Shown piece by piece: positions 32,182 through 40,238 of a DNA stretch of 64,000 bases (position 1 is the stretch's first letter; each line of letters starts with the position of its first letter). Location of the stretch: the NCBI GenBank assembly GCA_902573115.1, contig CACGIM010000001.1, positions 46,396 to 110,395 of the forward strand, read 5' to 3'. The notes below the pieces were generated by a model. The model ran no database searches. It worked only from the letters and a program-made list of their open reading frames with translations, and was not told where the DNA came from. The translations under genes and the position numbers were made by a program. The stretch comes from an uncultured Candidatus Poseidoniales archaeon. Its GTDB lineage: Archaea > Thermoplasmatota > Poseidoniia > Poseidoniales > Thalassarchaeaceae.

Positions 32182-35100
32182 CTAGTCTACTACTACCGCG
32201 TCCAGAGCCGATGGATCCGAGACGCTCCCGCTTTCTGAGAAGTCCTGCCAAGTACCTAATTTCCCCCTCAGCGCGTGTGATAATTCGTGATAAGCAACAA
32301 TCAGGCTTGGTAGTAGAATCGAGCTGGTGAGGAAAGCGAGGACAAGCAGTAGCATCATTAGCACGAAGAAATTCTGTAGCCCGGGTATAGCAACGAATAG
32401 GCCTGCAGCAAGTCCTGTGCATGTGGTGGCGGTTGTCTCGAATATTGTCCTGCCTGTCCTTGCCACTGATTTTTGTATTCCAGCTGGAGTCTCACCCTCA
32501 TCCCTGATTCGGTCGATTATGTGTATCGAGTCGTCCACTCCGATTCCAAATACTAGCGTGCCAATCATCGCCGTGAAGGCGTTGACGTTGACTTTGTAGA
32601 AGAACATCAGAATTGGTTGCCAGAGAACAACAACTCCTACGGCTGCCATGGTGAAGAAGGCTAAACGTGGGGACCGAAATAGGATGGCCATTACTAGCAA
32701 GAGTATTGCCATCGTTGCAATAGTTGTCTCGGACTGTGCTTCATGAATTCCGTCATTTATATCCAACGAGACTGGGAGACCGCCAGTTAGTAGCGAGTTG
32801 GAAACACCCGTGACCCCCATAGAGTCGCAGTCAAGTGCTGTTTGACAACCTCCATCAGAAAGATGGCGGTCTATCGTCTCCCTCAAGCCACCTGCTACTG
32901 CGAGGTCAATATACGGCTGGTTTACGTAAACCAATGTCTTTGTCTCGCCCTGCCCTTGATCGGCGTTCATCAGCATTGATCTTACCTCAGGACTCAGGGT
33001 GTCGAATGCAATGTTCACCATGTCCTCCCTGCTGCTTACTGAATATGCCCAGCAATCAGGCCTCAATGGATTCGTAGACTCGTCCCAGCAATCATCGTGT
33101 ATCAAGTCCCAAAGGCTCTGATCATATACCTCCAACCCCTCGATCTCAATATCCAAGTGTATTGCCTTTAGAATATCAACTAAGCTAATAGTCGTGGTAT
33201 TCGCGACGTTATCGATCCTCATCCTTTGCATTTGCTCGATGGAGTCCAGAATAGGCAAATCTCTGATAGGCGCGGTCTCGTTTTGGCTCCCCCTCTCTGA
33301 AGCATCAACGATGAACATGTTCGTTTGCCCCCCTTGAAACTCTATGCTGTACTCCCTCAGGGATTCGTACGATTCAAGACCAGGGGGTACCTCATCCGAA
33401 GATCCTGTGATGTCCTTACCGAGTTGTTCCTTGAACATCATCCCGCCCCAAATTGTAGCGGCAGATGACACAAGAATTACTACGAGAGTAGCCTTTAGCG
33501 GGACTTTCCCCACGGATTCCCAGAAGTCGTCTAACAGAGAGAATGTCATAGTCGTTGAAATAGTGAATCCTAGGATTAGGCAGCCGTCGTTAGATAAGTC
33601 GGTGAAAAGGTAAAGGAAAGAAACCAGGGTGGCCGTCGTCACGGTGTAGAATAACAGGCTGTTGATCCCAAGTATAGTGCCAAAGACGTCTGATGTGTCG
33701 ATAACTAACTCTTCTGATTTTTCGGAGTGCTTAGCTTTCTTTTCCGGCTTCTGGGATTTCATCCTCTTCCTTCTGGAAGAGCCTACAATACCAGAACGGA
33801 AGAAGTCGGTCGAATCGCCCTTTCTGTATCTAAGCAATTCGATCCATGCAGGCACAAGTATCATTGAGATCAGGAATGTGGTTGAAATCCCTATGAGCAA
33901 TGTTGTCCCAACTGTCCTCATCGGCCTGATTGGAACTAATACATCCCAGGTCAAAACGCTGAACCCAATGATTGTGGTAAGAGCCGAAAGGAAAATCGCG
34001 TTCCCGGTCGTCATGGCCGCCTTTACGGTTGCAGCCAAGCTTATTTCCGGGTCGAATGGGTCAGCTTGCTCCACTTCCAGGCCATCTCTAGCCAATGCCC
34101 ATTGATCCTCTTTCCTTCTTTCCAGTATCTCCCTGCGATTTTCATCAATCCTGTTTGTCAGATGTAGCGAGTAATCCACCCCCAGACCAACCAGTATGGG
34201 GCCAGCTGAGATTATCATCGGGGTCAGCATGATATCGAACAGGACAGTTGATCCGAAGGTTATCCCCAGACTCAGAATAATCGGCGTCCCACAGATGACG
34301 ATGATCTTCCAACTTCGGTGTAAAATAAACATGGTAAGTCCTACAAGGGCCAAACTGAGGGGGAGCATTGTATGCCTGAGCTCCAGATAAATCTCATCGG
34401 AAACGTCATGCAAAACCGGAGTTAGTCCGGTGACCGTCACAGCTCTCCTCTGGGGGATGACATCAAGCCTTTCAGGATCCATAGTCGATACGGGGTTTTC
34501 ATAAACCCTAGAGCATATCTCGCAGTTCCTAGATGCTGCTTCCGAGTCGAGCAGAGCCTTGACATGGGAAATGAATGCCTTGTGATCTCGGGTGAGGTCC
34601 TCCCCTTCCTTGTAATTCTGACGAGGAGTTATGTCAGTGTTTGTCATGTCAAAAGAAATACCCATGATGATTACGCCGGTATCCCAAATCTGATCACCGT
34701 TGGTGTCTCTAACGAAGTTTGACATTAGACTTCCAGCATTCTCGACGTAATTGTCTATCCGCTCTTGGGCACCATCACCCTGAGGAATTGAATAGCCATA
34801 GTAGGGGTTCTGGCTTGCTATGTCGCAGTTGCCCCCCGATCCGGGCAATTGGTACTTCTCTACGGCGCAAGCGAATCTGTAATCGCTTGAGTTTGCCTCC
34901 TTTACAATCATAGCGGGGGAGAGGATCCATAGGACCCCGTCGCAACCATCATTCGGCTTGCTACAAGCTAATGATCCTCGATCGTTCTTGTTGTAGTCCA
35001 GTCCTGCCCCATAACCCCCCTCGTTGGCATTGTTATCATCCCCCTCAATCCAAGAAATCTGGTTTAGGATGTTAGAATCAGTTATGTTTTCTGTTCCCTT

Positions 35101-35604
35101 TTCTGCCCCTGAGGCTGCATTGTTAGTTTGAACATACAGTATCACAATATCAGTAGACCATTGAGTTCTGACCTCATTTAGGAGGTCAGTAGAGTTGGCT
35201 CCATCCGGGAGATATATCTCGACATCCCCGTTTATTTGGTGTTCGAAATCACTCGCCCTCCAGCCGATCATCGCAGAGGATAGCAAAACTATCGCAATGA
35301 GGTATGCTGGGCTCCTGAGTATTGCCCCATAGGTCAGTTCTGCCGTTCTTTGAATTACAATTTGAGTCGCGTCGAGTGTGTCATTCACTAACTGGCCCGC
35401 TGTATCGATGAATCCACCGAAAGGGCTCTGTCCGACGGATTTTTTGATGCTAGCTATTCCGTTCGTCAAGGGGCTTATGGTATCGAAGAACCAAGACCAA
35501 AAAGCTAGTTCCTCATCCCCGTTCTCAAGACCATCGGGCGAGTTCACGACACTATCCCACCCATTAACCAAATGAAGCGTTCGGACAACATACTCGTGAA
35601 ACAT
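32182..35604 (-). CDS. RND-superfamily exporter (COG1033 / MMPL-SSD type), 1,140 aa
   Basis: Two 6-TM bundles, each preceded by a large extracytoplasmic domain. Duplicated signature: GLGVDYSLHLTNRIDENRRE and GIGVDDSIHIIDRIRDE. Confidence 0.82.
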   Translation of the reverse strand: MFHEYVVRTLHLVNGWDSVVNSPDGLENGDEELAFWSWFFDTISPLTNGIASIKKSVGQSPFGGFIDTAGQLVNDTLDATQIVIQRTAELTYGAILRSPAYLIAIVLLSSAMIGWRASDFEHQINGDVEIYLPDGANSTDLLNEVRTQWSTDIVILYVQTNNAASGAEKGTENITDSNILNQISWIEGDDNNANEGGYGAGLDYNKNDRGSLACSKPNDGCDGVLWILSPAMIVKEANSSDYRFACAVEKYQLPGSGGNCDIASQNPYYGYSIPQGDGAQERIDNYVENAGSLMSNFVRDTNGDQIWDTGVIIMGISFDMTNTDITPRQNYKEGEDLTRDHKAFISHVKALLDSEAASRNCEICSRVYENPVSTMDPERLDVIPQRRAVTVTGLTPVLHDVSDEIYLELRHTMLPLSLALVGLTMFILHRSWKIIVICGTPIILSLGITFGSTVLFDIMLTPMIISAGPILVGLGVDYSLHLTNRIDENRREILERRKEDQWALARDGLEVEQADPFDPEISLAATVKAAMTTGNAIFLSALTTIIGFSVLTWDVLVPIRPMRTVGTTLLIGISTTFLISMILVPAWIELLRYRKGDSTDFFRSGIVGSSRRKRMKSQKPEKKAKHSEKSEELVIDTSDVFGTILGINSLLFYTVTTATLVSFLYLFTDLSNDGCLILGFTISTTMTFSLLDDFWESVGKVPLKATLVVILVSSAATIWGGMMFKEQLGKDITGSSDEVPPGLESYESLREYSIEFQGGQTNMFIVDASERGSQNETAPIRDLPILDSIEQMQRMRIDNVANTTTISLVDILKAIHLDIEIEGLEVYDQSLWDLIHDDCWDESTNPLRPDCWAYSVSSREDMVNIAFDTLSPEVRSMLMNADQGQGETKTLVYVNQPYIDLAVAGGLRETIDRHLSDGGCQTALDCDSMGVTGVSNSLLTGGLPVSLDINDGIHEAQSETTIATMAILLLVMAILFRSPRLAFFTMAAVGVVVLWQPILMFFYKVNVNAFTAMIGTLVFGIGVDDSIHIIDRIRDEGETPAGIQKSVARTGRTIFETTATTCTGLAAGLFVAIPGLQNFFVLMMLLLVLAFLTSSILLPSLIVAYHELSHALRGKLGTWQDFSESGSVSDPSALDAVVVD

Positions 35605-35672
35605 AGGTTACTGCATACCCCCTTCAATCCCACCTCCGATGAACTCAAAGGAAAGCTCACTTCCGAACGTTC

Positions 35673-36614
35673 ATGCACCTTGTTACTGGGGGGGCGGGAT
35701 TCATTGGTTCGCACTTGGTAGATGCTCTGGTTGAGAGGGGGGATGAGGTTAGGATACTGGATAACTTCAGTAGCGGCAGAGAGAGCTTCATTTCACACCA
35801 TGAAGGAAATGACTCCGTTCAAGTTTTCAGAGGCGATCTCCTAGACCCATTAATTGTCTCGGAGTCGATGATAGGGGTGGAGATGGTTCACCATTTGGCC
35901 GCCAATCCAGATATCAGACTTGGAACAGAAATCACCGACACCGACCTAAAGCAAGGCACAATTTGCACTTACAATGTGCTGGAAGCGATGAGAGTGAATG
36001 GTGTGAAGAAAATTTCCTTCGCATCCTCATCGGCGATATATGGGGAAGCTGAATTGATGCCGACGCCTGAGAGTTATGGGCCCGTGGTTCCAATCTCTCT
36101 TTACGGGGCGTCAAAAATCGCTAGCGAGGCGCTAATCACCGCATGGGTTGGAACTTTCGGGGCTTGTGGATACATCCACAGGTTTGCCAACATAGTCGGC
36201 CCAAGGGGAACTCACGGAGTCATTTTTGACTTCATCCACAAACTCAAAAGAGACCCGACCAAGCTAGAGGTGCTTGGAGATGGAAATCAGGAGAAATCAT
36301 ACATGTCTGCCCATGATTGCGTTAGATCGATGTTGCATGTCATAGATTTGAGCGAAGATGGATGGAGCCTGTTCAATTTGGGAACTGGGGATACGTGCTC
36401 TGTATCAAGAATTGCCGAGATAGTAATAGAAGAGAGCGGTTTGAAGGGAGTGGGAATTGAGTATACTGGTGGCAAAAGGGGGTGGGCGGGAGACGTGCCC
36501 AAGACGTATTTGGACGTGGAAAAGTTGCTCGATACCGGATTTGTACCGACCAGCATGTCAGAATTGGCGATTAGGGAGACAGCGTCAGCTCTTATTGATG
36601 AAATCGGCCTGTGA
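35673..36614 (+). CDS. NAD-dependent epimerase/dehydratase (UDP-glucose 4-epimerase-like SDR)
   Basis: 313 aa. Has TGGAGFIGSHLVDAL, the catalytic YGASKIASE (YxxxK) and an extended-SDR C-terminal domain. Confidence 0.85.
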   Translation: MHLVTGGAGFIGSHLVDALVERGDEVRILDNFSSGRESFISHHEGNDSVQVFRGDLLDPLIVSESMIGVEMVHHLAANPDIRLGTEITDTDLKQGTICTYNVLEAMRVNGVKKISFASSSAIYGEAELMPTPESYGPVVPISLYGASKIASEALITAWVGTFGACGYIHRFANIVGPRGTHGVIFDFIHKLKRDPTKLEVLGDGNQEKSYMSAHDCVRSMLHVIDLSEDGWSLFNLGTGDTCSVSRIAEIVIEESGLKGVGIEYTGGKRGWAGDVPKTYLDVEKLLDTGFVPTSMSELAIRETASALIDEIGL

Positions 36615-36690
36615 TGAAAGTGCCAATAAACCCCTAAAATCTCCGATCTTTATGTTTCGGATTCATAACCCCCCTCGATTGTGAAAAGTT

Positions 36691-37431
36691 GTGAGTAAGC
36701 GTTGGTATCAAGAAAACAAGAGGGATCCGTGGAGGAGAGACGCAAAGTCCAAGGGTTACAGGGCAAGATCCGCGTACAAACTCAAACAGATCCAAGAGAG
36801 GTTCGGCCTACTCAGGCTTGGAGACTCTGTTCTTGACATTGGCTGCTACCCGGGCGGATGGACCCAAGTTGCGGTCGAGGAAGTAGGTCCTGATGGGATT
36901 GTCATCGGTGTCGATATACTAGCGACTTCCCCTGTGGAGGGAGCTACGACAATGGTTGGAGATATCACAGATGAAGGCACTTTGGAAGCAATAATGGGTG
37001 AGCTTGATGGTCGTGGCCTGAATGTTGTGATAAGCGACATTTCCCCGAGATTGACTGGCAGATATGACACCGATCAGGCAATATCTCTCGAGCTCTCAAC
37101 TATGGCCCTTGATGTGGCCTCGAAGTTGCTTGTACCAAAGGGGTGCTTCGTGACGAAGGTCTTCCAAGGTGCTGGGATTGAAGGGATTGTAGAAGCTGCA
37201 AAGCTTAGGTTCTCCTCGGTCGGCAGGTTCTCACCTACGGCAAGCAGGACTGCCTCATCGGAAACTTACCTAATTTGCCAAAATAGACTCTCAAGAAATA
37301 AAGGGGATAACAGAACCGCTATGGAGTTCCTACAAAGCCACCTAGGAAACATCGGAATTGTTGTGGACAGTGACCAGGAGCCCAATGATGATCCGTTGGT
37401 CGGATTCAGGAAGATTGAGAAAAGGGAATAA
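36691..37431 (+). CDS. rlmE: 23S rRNA 2'-O-ribose (U2552-type) methyltransferase RlmE/FtsJ
   Basis: GTG start. Motifs: YRARSAYKLKQIQERFGLL, SAM pocket VLDIGCYPGGWTQVA and VISDISP. Confidence 0.88.
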   Translation: MSKRWYQENKRDPWRRDAKSKGYRARSAYKLKQIQERFGLLRLGDSVLDIGCYPGGWTQVAVEEVGPDGIVIGVDILATSPVEGATTMVGDITDEGTLEAIMGELDGRGLNVVISDISPRLTGRYDTDQAISLELSTMALDVASKLLVPKGCFVTKVFQGAGIEGIVEAAKLRFSSVGRFSPTASRTASSETYLICQNRLSRNKGDNRTAMEFLQSHLGNIGIVVDSDQEPNDDPLVGFRKIEKRE

Positions 37432-37884
37432 CTAGGCTTCTGAGTCTCTATCGTATGGCTCGATATTTTGCCATTCCGATGCATCGGAACGAGATACAAT
37501 AGCATGCACCCAGTCATCTTCTGAACAATTGAAAACCTCATGAGGAAGGCCGGGCTCAATGTAGAACATGTCGCCTTCACTGTGCACCACAGACTTTTTG
37601 CAACCCGGGCCATACTCGTGTCTTACACTTCCTTTCAGCAGGTAAATCATCACATCGAAGTCCACATGAATGTGTGCCTTGGCCACACCTCCTGGCGGGA
37701 TATAGGCCCTATTCATTGACAATCCGCGGGAAGGAGTGTTTTTTCCTGAGAGGCCTGCACCGTACTGAATATTATTCCAGCCCCTGATCTTCTCAACGTC
37801 CCTTAGGCTCCAAATCCCCCCCTCGTCAGTCACGTAGTCGCCCAAATCCAGTTTTCCATCCGTAAGCGTGATTTCCTCCTCCAT
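37432..37884 (-). CDS. Cupin-domain protein
   Basis: 150 aa. Cupin motifs G(x)5HxH-like (GGVAKAHIHVDFD) and GDMFYIEPGLPHEVFN. The TAG stop directly abuts the rlmE TAA. Confidence 0.7.
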   Translation of the reverse strand: MEEEITLTDGKLDLGDYVTDEGGIWSLRDVEKIRGWNNIQYGAGLSGKNTPSRGLSMNRAYIPPGGVAKAHIHVDFDVMIYLLKGSVRHEYGPGCKKSVVHSEGDMFYIEPGLPHEVFNCSEDDWVHAIVSRSDASEWQNIEPYDRDSEA

Positions 37885-38006
37885 GTTAGTCTTGATTGGT
37901 TCAGTCTTTTCAAATTAATTCGAAGAATATTGACCAAAATGAGTAGAAAAAGAATCCGATTCACACAATCAACCCTAAAAAGGGGCCCTATCACGCCGGG
38001 TGGTCT

Positions 38007-38189
38007 ATGACAGAGTCGAGTGGTAGAGCATTGGTGTGTGCGTCGTCTGGAACGCCCCTGGTAAGCAGCGAGAGCACCTCATTCCCATGCCCCATGCCGG
38101 GATGCTCTACTCCGATTGGCAGAAGTCGGGGATGTAGGCTGCAGGCCGTGAAGTATGTGTGCCCAAATTGCGGATTCGAAGGACCATGA
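38007..38189 (+). CDS. Zn-ribbon RNA-binding protein (COG2888 type, translation-associated)
   Basis: 60 aa. Has CPMPGC...C and the conserved C-terminal YVCPNCGFEGP. The position immediately upstream of aEF-1beta is the classical archaeal arrangement. Confidence 0.75.
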   Translation: MTESSGRALVCASSGTPLVSSESTSFPCPMPGCSTPIGRSRGCRLQAVKYVCPNCGFEGP

Positions 38190-38198
38190 GGTTTCGTT

Positions 38199-38465
38199 AT
38201 GGGTCACGTCGTTGTGAAGTACAAGGTTACACTCGACCAACCAGAGGATGGTAGTCCCGACTACAACTCAATAGCCGAAGTTATTTCTGGTTTTGATGAG
38301 GTACAGGAGGTCGAAGTAAAGCCTCTGGCATTTGGGATGATGTACATAGAAGTCCAAGCAGTCCTCGGAGAAGGAGAGGGTATTGTTGATGGATTTGAAG
38401 AGAAGGTGCGGCAATCCAACAATCTAGTCGGACAAATAGAAGCCTTGGAAATGGGAAGGCTTTGA
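38199..38465 (+). CDS. ef1b: Elongation factor 1-beta (aEF-1beta)
   Basis: 88 aa. MGHVVVKYKVTLD...PLAFGMMYIEVQAVLGEGEG...IEALEMGRL matches the aEF-1beta length and pattern. Confidence 0.88.
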   Translation: MGHVVVKYKVTLDQPEDGSPDYNSIAEVISGFDEVQEVEVKPLAFGMMYIEVQAVLGEGEGIVDGFEEKVRQSNNLVGQIEALEMGRL

Positions 38466-39869
38466 TCAGTAGTGGTCAAGGGGAGACCGCATCAGTTCCC
38501 TCATCAGAACAGTAGCATAAGTCCCAGCTGGCAGGGTAAATCTCAACCTCATGCAGGCACCATCAGGATGCCACCGATCCCCGTTGGTTGGTCCTTCTTC
38601 CCATCTAGTTGAAAGTGAGTTTGCCTCTGGGGCTTGCTCTACACTGAAATCCCTGAATGGTACCGAAAGAGCCCTTCTAGTCCCCGAGGTCGTAAGTCGA
38701 GGGATTGCATGCACTATCCAGTCAACAGAATTCAAGCCTGCTTGTTCGATACCTGCTGACTCGTGTTTACCTGGCTCACCGTCGGCGAATGTCGCCTCCC
38801 TCCCTGGGAGTGTACCAGTAACAGCTAGTCTACCGAGTCTGCAATTCCTTATGCATCTTTGGAGATTTGTTCCACTGACCATTGCCATCTTTCCAACATC
38901 TACCCTACCCCCTGCCTGGAGGGGTGCGACTAGGTCGCCGACTGCAGGCTCTATCAAGGACAATCCGGAGTTTATCCTCGAGGAAAGTGAGTGATTAAAC
39001 GCCAGAGATTGTACAGAGTGTATCATTAGCAATTGCAGTGACTTTGGGAGGGTCTCAAACGCCCCCTTGAAGTCTTCGGGCTTTTTGATCAGATGCTCAA
39101 GAATCGCTTTCTCGTATCCCAGTCTGTCCGGAGCAATCTCAAGAGATTGACTGGGGTCGGATTTTTCTCTCCAGGAAGTTCTGAAGTTTTCTGCTTCTGC
39201 CCCTTCTCTTGACCCTGCCAAACCCACGTAAAGGTCTACAGCCTTCTCGAAATCACCCTCCAAAACTGCCATTCCCACCATAGGGGTCACCGGCCTAGTT
39301 GAGCCGAACCTCTGAGGTCCTATCCAATTTGGGAATGAGTCTGATCCTAATGTCTCGGAAAGGCCCACTCGGATTTTGTTTACTCTGGACATTGCTTCCT
39401 TAGCGTCCATGGGGGACCCCGAGGAATCACAGCACCCCCTTACCGTTATCGTGAACCGGTTGCCATCATGGCCCCCCATGGTCATTTTCTGATGTGTTCT
39501 TCCGAGAATTTCTATAGAGCTGTCGGGAATTTCGACACTTTCGACCTTCTTTGAAGGAGCGTCAATCACGAGAACTTGGGTGGTGATTGCCCGCTTATCC
39601 TTTATTCCCGAGCTAAAGATTCTGTTTCTGTTTATCCCACATGCACGTGCTAATCTCCTCAGATAACGATTTGTCTCCCAATTAATCATTGTCACTCTGA
39701 CTACTGTAAATCTGCCCTTATTATCCAAGGCTGGGATCTTTGAGCTTTCCTCCACCCTGAAGTCCTCTACTCTTGTCTTTAGCAGACCACCTATGCCATC
39801 ACCGGGAAAGGCCCAATTGTCAAGTCCAAGATAGTTCTCGATTTGCTCCCCGTTCAGGGGATCACCCCC
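38466..39869 (-). CDS. truD: tRNA pseudouridine synthase TruD/Pus7 family (start codon unresolved)
   Basis: TruD-like C-terminus: RRALSVPFRDFSVEQ...LRFTLPAGTYATVLMRELM. The conserved N-terminal GIGGLLKTRVEDFRVEE lies upstream of the track's GTG 39755. The frame is open up to the rpoL TAG (39870-39872) with no ATG, GTG or TTG in it. Confidence 0.85.
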   Translation of the reverse strand, partial: GGDPLNGEQIENYLGLDNWAFPGDGIGGLLKTRVEDFRVEESSKIPALDNKGRFTVVRVTMINWETNRYLRRLARACGINRNRIFSSGIKDKRAITTQVLVIDAPSKKVESVEIPDSSIEILGRTHQKMTMGGHDGNRFTITVRGCCDSSGSPMDAKEAMSRVNKIRVGLSETLGSDSFPNWIGPQRFGSTRPVTPMVGMAVLEGDFEKAVDLYVGLAGSREGAEAENFRTSWREKSDPSQSLEIAPDRLGYEKAILEHLIKKPEDFKGAFETLPKSLQLLMIHSVQSLAFNHSLSSRINSGLSLIEPAVGDLVAPLQAGGRVDVGKMAMVSGTNLQRCIRNCRLGRLAVTGTLPGREATFADGEPGKHESAGIEQAGLNSVDWIVHAIPRLTTSGTRRALSVPFRDFSVEQAPEANSLSTRWEEGPTNGDRWHPDGACMRLRFTLPAGTYATVLMRELMRSPLDHY

Positions 39870-40169
39870 CTAGAGTTTGATGTTTGAGAATTCCTTCGTT
39901 ATCTCTGAGCAAATATCCTTCAGAATCTTATCTGCCTTCTTCCCCTTGGCGGTCCTTATGTACAACTCAGGATCGTCTAGGTCTGGATGGTTCTGGAAGT
40001 AGTTTGCATATTCCACATCATCCCTGTCATTTAATCGAGACCTAAACATCTGTAGCTCTGTGTGGTTACCGTCTATGACCCTGATCCTCAATTCACGGCC
40101 CTCATTCTTCAATACTTTGACTGGCATACAGGCTGCGTGGACTAGCCCAGTCCTTTTGAGTCCTTGCAT
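39870..40169 (-). CDS. rpoL: DNA-directed RNA polymerase subunit L (Rpo11)
   Basis: 99 aa. VKVLKNEGRELRIRVIDGNHTELQMFRSRLNDRDDVEYANYFQNHPDLDDPELYIRTAKG fits the RpoL/Rpb11 pattern. The start could be Met1 or Met15. Confidence 0.85.
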   Translation of the reverse strand: MQGLKRTGLVHAACMPVKVLKNEGRELRIRVIDGNHTELQMFRSRLNDRDDVEYANYFQNHPDLDDPELYIRTAKGKKADKILKDICSEITKEFSNIKL

Positions 40170-40238
40170 GTCAAAGCGAACACTTCAGGCTAGCAAACCT
40201 ACCCTAAGTTTTACATCGGGAGGTTTTGGGGTCGTTCG

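Noticed and set aside
31615-32422. ORFs 31615-31914, 31745-32125, 31839-32180 and 32159-32422
   Set aside because: They overlap the RNase P RNA (CR-I and CR-V present) or the 3' end of the RND gene. Their sequences are Arg/Pro/Gly-rich, typical of translating structured GC-rich RNA.
36610-36690. Box C-like GTGATGA at the epimerase stop, as a possible C/D sRNA
   Set aside because: There is no CTGA D box or C'/D' boxes within the following ~80 nt.
39870-39872. Genome-wide TAG reassignment (e.g. pyrrolysine) as the explanation for the rpoL-truD in-frame TAG
   Set aside because: TAG terminates aIF5A, asnS, the cupin, RND1, the coiled-coil protein and the CARDB protein at natural-looking C-termini. 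No pyl genes are seen in the window.
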